Shown here: positions 54,505 through 64,000 of the stretch, piece after piece
Layout: every line of letters begins with the position of its first letter
Numbering within the stretch: position 1 is the first letter of the stretch
NCBI GenBank assembly: GCA_023515725.1
Contig: JALDTO010000214.1
Coordinates: 165,743 to 229,742, forward strand
From: Amoeboaphelidium protococcarum X5
Taxonomy: Eukaryota > Fungi > Aphelidiomycota
DNA: 64,000 bases
Direction: 5' to 3'
Made by a program: the position numbers and the translations under genes
The notes under the pieces: generated by a model
What the model saw: the letters and a program-made list of their open reading frames with translations, nothing else
Database searches by the model: none
Told to the model about the DNA's origin: nothing

Positions 54505-54921
54505 TCAATGGTGATCATCATCGTCCATTGCGGAATGCTTTCCCTGTTTGGCCAATCGCTTGCGTTCCTTCTGAGACAGTTTACGCGTTGAAACCAGGGC
54601 GACATCTACAAGCCGGGCAAAATCAGACTCAATAGCAATATCATCATCATCATCGTTTCCGATCTCATTCATGCAAGAATATCCCAGCTCTTCACACTTT
54701 TGACACAGCTCACTATTGTGACCCACCATTGTTTCGCGATTCATGTTTCCCAGCCGATTCCGGGGTTCGTACTGAAACTCTACAGGGAAGCACGGCGTCA
54801 AGCACTACTTGCACGTTTGATACACTCCAGGCTATCCACGAGCAGATTTCCACCGATGTACACAATTCACGCAGCCAAACTTTGCTATTTTGATATAATG
54901 AGGGGCTCTTCGTTTATCCAT
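54505..54921 (-). CDS. 3CxxC-type zinc-binding domain protein (ZAR1/RTP-like)
   Basis: FGCVNCVHRWKSARGQPGVYQTCKQC...HNSELCQKCEELGYSC. Two ORF-track fragments join when TAR=Gln. Confidence 0.8.
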
Positions 54922-55120
54922 TATTGACTCTGAATAGTGAAGTGTTTGGAACTGATGCGCAAGGCTGCCGTTACAATTATAACGCTGGCTGCGATACCAT
55001 GACGCGTCAATGTTTGGACTTTGCAAGTTATGAATAATCTCAATCAAGATTATAGAGACAAACAAAAATAAAGATGTATCAAATGTCGATTTTAATATAT
55101 ATATTCACGCGTCAATCAAC

Positions 55121-56306
55121 TCATGAACGAGGAGCAACCTGCCACACTCTGATGTTGTTGTCAGTGTAACCGGCAAACAGAGTCTGACCATCAGCACTCC
55201 AAGCCAGACTGATACACAATGGAACAGCCTTGCCAGAGAAATCCTCATAATCTTCAGCACGCAACTCAGCGACAATCTATTTGGTCTCCAGGTCCCAGAT
55301 CTTGATGCAAGAGTCGGTGGCAGCACACAGCCAGTATCTGTTCATACTGAAGAGCAGGCAGTTGACAGTCTCGCGATCGCTAGTCTCCAGAGAGTACAAG
55401 TGCTTACCCTCATTCACATCCCACAGCATAACGACACCATCCTTACCACCAGATGCACACAGAGATCCATCAGGAGAGATTGTAACAGTGTTAACATAAC
55501 CAGAGTGACCGTAGTGGTTAGTGCGCAACTTGTACTTACCAGAATCCCAAACCTACACATACATTATTATTAGAAATCTGCTTAGTGCACACAGTATATT
55601 ATCACTAGGCCAAGAAGTTCAAGGCGTCAACAGTATTCAGATTACGGTGATTGATTTGTCTCATCGATGATCACATTTACATGACCATCATCTGAAGTAG
55701 CAAATATTATCAATAAACATCATTAATAACATGTTAACGTTATGAATCTTAGACCCAGAGATACAGATAAAGTAATCCTACCTTGACCAAACGATCCCAA
55801 CCACTGCTCACAATGACTGGATTGTCAGGATTAGGAGAGAAGCGGACGCAGGACACCCACTCAGAGTGGCCACCATCAACCATGTTGAACTTGCACTCAC
55901 CGACAGTGTTCCACAACTTGATAGATCTGTCACGGCTAGCACTCACGATCTGTCTGCTATCTGGAGAGAAGGAGACACTCAGCACATCATTGGTGTGACC
56001 GACAAAACGACGCGTAGTCTGACCAGTCTGCAGATCCCACAGACGCAGAGTCTTATCCCAGGATGCGGACATTGCGAATCTACCATCGCTAGTCACAGCG
56101 ACATCCTGCACAAAGTGATTGTGGCCCTTCAGCGAACGCTTAGGCACAGCGAAACTGTTCTCCTCGCGAGTAATCTACCAGATCATCAGAGTCTTGTCGC
56201 GCGAGGCAGAGACCAGCATGTCCGGCTACTCAGGAGTGGTGGCCAATGCAGTAACCCATCCACCGTGTCCAACTAAAGTTCCACGTAAATATAATGATTC
56301 AGCCAT
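55121..56306 (-). CDS. RACK1: RACK1/Asc1/Cpc2 40S ribosomal WD40 protein (1 intron)
   Basis: [41 protein letters not shown]. Intron 55553-55781. Confidence 0.97.
55633..55727 (-). ncRNA. SNR24: Intronic box C/D snoRNA U24 (snR24/SNORD24)
   Basis: Box C ATGATG (55718-55723), guide ATATTTGCTACTT plus D' CAGA as in yeast U24, C' GATGAGA, box D CTGA (55637-55640). Hosted in the ASC1/RACK1 intron as in yeast. Confidence 0.85.
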
Positions 56307-56744
56307 TTTATAATTATTAAATTGAATTAATTTGTATTAAAATTGCTATTTCCAATCACTGACAATCTAACACTATGCTGACTGGTGTAAAGAAAACTTT
56401 TCGCGTCAAATGGCTGTTGCGCGACGGTTTCGGTTATCAAATGTGATTTTCAAATTTTTTTCTCTATTTGGCTCTCCCCCACCCAAGGAACGCTTGTTCC
56501 ATATTTCTCTGTACGCTAAACTGAACAAGACTAAGAGCAAAGAGCGACGACGCGATTGACCCCTCTTTCTCTCGCAATTTTTCATTTTTCAGCGCTCGAC
56601 TCAAATTTTTGAAAACTGTTTCAGCGATAGTTTCAGTACATTTTCATATTCCCTTTTCACTTGTATTGTCTTTCTGTCTATATTCAATACATTACTTGGA
56701 GTTTTAATAGTGTATAATAGTGGAGCTGTGATATCTACTCTGCC

Positions 56745-58451
<1,707 letters not shown>

Positions 58452-58744
58452 ATATTTATTTAATAATGATGGCGCGTAAGAGAATGTTTATACTTTACCT
58501 ACTGCTGTACCTTTGAGAATGTATATTCTTTGCGCCGCGTATCTGTCTATTCATTCTTCCGTTTGATCGCTCTCGTTTTCTTACCATTGATTTGACTTCG
58601 CGCTCAACGCAACGCTGCCGATTTGATTTCTCTTCTCTCCTCGTCCGTTCTCTCGTTGATTCTGCGACGACTGCGAGCCTTTTTCTGCGCGCGACTTGAT
58701 TGATTGATTTACAAAGCACTTGGTTTGATTAAGAGTGGACAACT

Positions 58745-61395
58745 ATGACAATGGGCAAGTACGAGATTACGTGTATTGTAGGAGATGACAGATATACACG
58801 CTAATATGAGAGTAAGCTATATAATTAGCTTTTGGTTTAATGCTTATAACCGTCTATTTTTTCTGATTGTGTGTAGGTTCATCTGAATTCCAGGCTGCGA
58901 TCAAGACGTATGGAGGCATCATGTCGACTGTGAAGGACATTGCTAGATTGGATAATAAACCGTAGAAGCCTCAATTTAAGAATGTGGAAGGATAGTGGAT
59001 TGATATCGTGAATGAGAAGGAGACTTACTTGAAGCTGCTACAGACTGTTAAAGCTACCAGATCATTGATTGTCCGAGATGCTGCCGTAGTGTCTGACTCA
59101 AGAAATCAGTAGTAGCATTAGCAATCTTCGTGGCAAGACTCTGGTAATGGAAGTTCATGGAATTCCGGTGTTGATTTAGGCAGTAACAGCCATGGCGCGT
59201 AAAATGCAGCACCATCCATGAATAAGTCGACCGGCGATCAAGGTGGTTGGAATTCCAATGCCGCGTCATCTTCAGCTGGCGTGTCCTCTGGTGGATGGAA
59301 CACTGATGGACCAAGTGCGGCTCCTGTTTCTAGCGGTAGCGGTGGTTGGAATAGTGGTCCGAGTGATGATTTCTAGCAATCTGCGCCTTAAACTTCAGTC
59401 TCTGGTGGTGGTTGGAACTCGGGGCCTGCTGAACCTGCTGTCTATGTTGGTAGTAGTAGCAATAACAATAATGATAACAATGGTGGCGGTGATAGCTGGA
59501 ATTCTGGAGGCAATTCTTATATTCAATAATCGCAACAATAAGATTCATACCAAAAATCCTCGTATGATAGTGGTAATGGTGGATACAATAACAATGGTTC
59601 ATCCTCTTATGATCGTAATGGAGGTGGTTATGGTGGTGGATATTCTCAGCGCAATGCCAGTAGAGAAGAGGGAGAGTTGCGAGGTTAGTCTAGAGGAGGT
59701 TATAACAACAACAACAACGATCGCGGTGGGTATGATAATCGCGGTCAAGGTCGTGATTATGGTCGAAACCAAGATGGATATAGCGGTGGCAGAGGACATC
59801 GTTTTGATAAACCTCAAAGTGATTCTGCTGGATATGGTAATAATGATGGTGGGCGTGGATATGGCGGTCCTAGTGGTGATAGATTTGGAGGTGCTGCTGG
59901 TGGGTAGATCGATGAGCCTTCAGCCAGAGCGCGCCCTTCTGACTCTTTGGTAATAGGAAATGCTTCATCAGCTGTCCGCTCTGATGAATTTACCGAGGAG
60001 AGAGATTCGGCATTGGAAGAGTAGATTTTCAATAAGGAAGAGTTGGATTAACGCACGCCTGGTATCAATTTCAGCAAGTATGAGAACATCAAAGCCAAGG
60101 TGACTGGTAAGAATGCTCCAAGCCCAATTTCCAACTTTGAGGAATTGGGTCTGCACAAGCACGTTCTTGAGAATATAAGAAAGTGCAAGTATAAGGTACC
60201 AACTCCTGTGTAAAAGTACGGTATTCCAGTTGTGATGTCCGGGCGTGATATGATGGCGTGTGCGTAGACTGGTAGTGGAAAAACCGCCAGTTTCCTAGTA
60301 CCTATAATCAACGAGGCTATTAAGTAGGGATTAAACAGAGCATCTAATCGACCTGCTAAAGGCGAGGCTCACACTCCGTTCTGTTTGGTGATTGCACCTA
60401 CGCGTGAGCTCGCAATTTAAATCTTTAAGGAGGCTTGCAAGTTCTCCTTCTCCACAGGCATAAGAGCTTGCGTGGTTTATGGTGGTCAGCCTGGAAGTCT
60501 GCAGTATATGGATATGGAAAAGGGTTGTGATTTACTGGTTGGTACTCCTGGCCGCATTCAGGATTTCACCGAGCGTGGTATCATTTCGTACTAGAAACTA
60601 AAGTGGCTTGTCATTGACGAGGCTGATAGAATGCTTGATATGGGTTTCGAGCTGTAGCTGCGCAAACTGATGGAGAATCGGGACTTTCCTGATAAGATGA
60701 ACAGGCAGACTTTGATGTGGTCTGCAACGTTCCCGAATGAGATTCAATAGTTGGCTGCTTCCTTTTTGAAGGAGGATTATTTGTTTTTGGCGGTCGGTCG
60801 TGTTGGTGCAGCCTGTAATAATGTGAAACAGACTATCAAGTTGGTTGATGACTACAAGAAGCGATCAGAGCTGTTGGAGATGCTGTCTGCCGCCGGTAGA
60901 ATGCGTGTGTTGATATTTGTGGCCAGTAAAGCGTCTGCTGATCGTCTGGATGATTTTCTGTTCAACCAAGGCTTCCCTTGCACCAGCATCCACGGTGATA
61001 GAACGTAGATGCAGCGTGAATAGGCACTTGAAAGTTTCCGTCGTGCCCATACTCCTATCCTGATTGCCACTGATGTTGCGTCTCGTGGTCTTGATATTCC
61101 AGATGTTCATCATGTTGTCATTTTCGATATGCCAAAGAATTTGGAAGATTATGTTCACCGTATTGGACGTACGGGAAGAGCAGGTAATACTGGTATGGCT
61201 ACTGCGTTCTTTACTAACAATGATGCTAGTCTGGCATCTGATTTGATGGCCATCTTGGAAGAGGCTGGTTAGGAGGTACCGTCATTTCTGCGTGATATGT
61301 CAGGTGGAGCAAGTTTCGGTGGTTATGGCGGCGGTGGTGGTCGCTCTGCTGGTAATGACTTTGGTGGAAGAGATGTCAGAAATTCTCGCTGGTGA
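58745..61395 (+). CDS. DDX3/Ded1-DDX4/Vasa family DEAD-box helicase with long GW/RGG-rich N-terminus (1 intron)
   Basis: [59 protein letters not shown]. Intron 58812-58876. Confidence 0.9.
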
Positions 61396-61670
61396 TCGAC
61401 GTGCAGCTATGATCGTATAGTTTATTGAATAATAGTAGTGGCCTTTGTGAGAGCATACTTATATAATATTGATAGTAGTAATTAGTAATGATAATTTTCG
61501 CTTCTTTCAATAAGTTTGCCTTGAATCTGAGAATATACTTGTCAGTCTTATTACCGACTTGATTAGAGAGAATTTTCGTTTACGCTTTCAATTGACTTTC
61601 ATTCTAAACCTGATCTGACGAAATTCCTACCGATCGAAAAAGGTGATTGGAAATCAAACTGAATTGAAAG

Positions 61671-62858
61671 ATGTAGAGATTAGTGACGCGTAGATATTCT
61701 TCGCTGGCACCAATGCCCACCAGCAGAAAGACAAAGTCACGACATTTTCTACTTAAAGATATGCCTCATCCTTCTTCTGCACTTTTGGAAAATGTCACGC
61801 GTGGTAGTAACTAACAGCAGCAGAAGAGTGGCGATACGGCGATGATGAACTAAAAGACTAAATTGCGAATGATAGAACGTAATTCATAATTAAATCACGT
61901 TCTTGTGGCCAACAAGGAGATTAGTAAAAGAGAAAGACATTTTAGATTATGCTTAGCCATGGCTTAGTGCGCGAATCTGCCATATCTCCCTGATCTGACT
62001 CAATTTGCACCTCCCCCATGGTTATTGCACTCTAGTCTACACACACAACATGCTGATAAAGGATGGACCGCACTGAAAGATCCCGTCTTGTAGTCTGTGT
62101 ATAACACGCGTCTGGTCAAGGCGTTCAGCGCGTTGAAAAACGAGTAATTAAAGAGACAACTCTTACACGCAAAGGTGATCACGCCCGATGATATTGAGCA
62201 AGTCTAACTTATGCAAAAGCGTGGCTTGGATCTTATGCAAGCTTAAGAAGTGGCTGACTTGAATGCTGATATAAGCAGCAACGATAACGTATCTTTATTC
62301 GATAAAGTCATTATGGATGCAGAGCGTGATATCTATTACTCGCTCAAGTTGGCGAATGATGGTATGATCGGGCAGTTGGAAGCGCCAGAGTTGACTGTTG
62401 AGGGTGCATAGAAGGAAGCGATATTAAAGCTGGTCACACCTCCGTCTTTGTAGAACAAGTATCTACCTCCAACTGCTACGTAGAAGGACATCACTCAATT
62501 TATAAAGTAGAGAATTATCGCCGCTTTCGGTTCTCATCCAACTGATTTTGGATCTACTCGTGTTAGAGCTGCATTGTACACGCTCAAAATAAGATCTCTG
62601 CTCATTCATTTGTACACTGGGAGAGGTGTTGTTAATGTTGAAGGCATTACAGCTCAGGATGAAGAAGGTAATAATTAGCAGTAGTAGTAGTAGTAACGGT
62701 AGTAAAATACCGCGAAAGGACACGTCCAGGATGTGAATGCGCGTGTTACTGCTGATCGCCTCTGCCACGAGCGAAGGAAATTGTTGAGATCTCTCCGCAA
62801 AAATAGCATGGAAGCTTTCATGGCCTTGATGAAGGACTTGGACTTGAAGTTGATATGA
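61671..62858 (+). CDS. Mitochondrial ribosomal protein uS15m-like
   Basis: Presequence MQRLVTRRYSS. C-terminal FGSHPTDFGSTRVRAALYTLKIRSLLIHL...HERRKLLRSLRK with a poly-Gln insert. Confidence 0.78.
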
Positions 62859-63933
62859 AAAATTATAGTAAATGAATTATATTTTCGTCATAGGATTGAA
62901 CTTTTATATTTTAAAGAGTATCAGAAACTGTTTACAAATCTTCAGCTTGATTTACATGATTCCCAGTGCAAGTAGCCGTGGACCTATACTTGTCAGGTCT
63001 GCTTAAAGGATTAGATCATAACCGGGCGGATGATGTGTTGATGCCGTTTATGACAAAATACGTACCAAGTTGTATGGGTTAAGCAACATTCATTTTGTGA
63101 AAGGCAAGTCACGCGTACATATTCGAAAAACTACCGATTCAGAACCTCGTCATGGCTGGTTTATGCAAAAGCGTCTACTGCCGTTGATAACTCTTCGCAG
63201 ATACGCTGAGAATACTGGAAGTATTTGTGCTGTAGTGCTAAATTGCCTTGAAAATGATATCAGTGGCCTCGATTCAATAGATTCTGTTTTCCTGAAAGTG
63301 TGCCCCTTTACACGTATCCCAATTGTTGCGAATAATCTTCGTATTATAATATTGTCATCATGCTCATCTTTGATTATATTGAATCGCTTCAGCATTTATC
63401 TCTGAAAATTCAAAGGTATGCACGTACGGCCGCCAAATTGGGACGATTTGGCTGGTCAACTACGACATTATGGCCTATTAGTTTAAGAAACTGGATTGAC
63501 GACGGATCTGCGCGTAAAAATCTATATTCTTAAATGAAAATGAGATTTCTCTTATACCCCGCCGGACAGGGACGTCTACAGTCTAGAGCCATGGATAGAC
63601 TGAATCGTTGGTCCATACCCGAATGGCTTGATGACAGACTCGCCAAGCCGAACTCAGACCAGAATCTCGGTTTGAGCTGGACTCTGAGGATTGCTATTGC
63701 AGAGTGCTATTTACTTTAGATGAATCCAATCCAAAGCAATACTACCTTGAACAGGGTACATTTACCGAAAAACTCCAATAAGCACATTGAAGAGCGCGTG
63801 AAATCTCATTGTAAATAAGTGCCTTACTGCTTTATCATGATCGTACAATCGGCGCATCTGTCGTTTCTTCTGTTTCTTCTCAGCCGACTTTTCATTTCTT
63901 TCTTTCTTTCCTCTAAAAGCAACAACAACAACA

Positions 63934-64000
63934 ATGATCCGCGGTGCTTTGCAAAGAAGGTTTAATTATAATCGTCCTTATTCCAGTGGTGCAAGTGAAG
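63934..64000 (+). CDS. 5' end of a gene with a mitochondrial-presequence-like N-terminus (truncated by window)
   Basis: ATG after a pyrimidine-rich/ACA-repeat leader: MIRGALQRRFNYNRPYSSGASE. Confidence 0.5.
   Translation, partial: MIRGALQRRFNYNRPYSSGASE

Noticed and set aside
59243-59953. 236-aa Val/Met/Ile-rich + ORF
   Set aside because: Off-frame reading of the Gly/Asn/Tyr-rich helicase N-terminus.
62940-63405. ORFs 63070-63405 (+) and 63150-63395 (-)
   Set aside because: No recognisable motif or consistent gene model under either code.
63534-63719. 61-aa ORF over the stem-rich island
   Set aside because: No protein features; the base-pairing pattern better fits an RNA or regulatory element.

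Overview
Gene-dense, intron-poor eukaryotic DNA from an early-diverging fungal relative. It uses the non-canonical code TAA/TAG = Gln with TGA as the only stop (translation table 6), which is why the supplied standard-code ORF track is fragmented. This code plus fungal-type genes (Spt8, a Bud4/anillin-like protein, U24 snoRNA in the RACK1/ASC1 intron) fits the aphelid Amoeboaphelidium protococcarum, an algal endoparasite (inference). Re-translated by hand, the window holds about 33 protein-coding loci. Housekeeping genes include Tom40, Dhr1, Tip41, Spt8, a Chk2-like kinase, Nop16, DDX21, RACK1, Mns1, UMP-CMP kinase and uS15m. The accessory genes are the most interesting part: (i) three copies of a receptor kinase (signal peptide, beta-propeller, poly-Thr stalk, TM, non-RD kinase), two intact in tandem and one a mosaic pseudogene with four frameshifts; (ii) a secreted protein with a leukocidin/Vibrio-cytolysin-like beta-pore-forming motif, next to a bacterial-type HutG; (iii) a further receptor kinase, a CAP protein and small secreted proteins; (iv) a DDX3/Vasa-family helicase with GW repeats and a candidate structured ncRNA. 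All calls come from manual translation and motif recognition; no searches were run.
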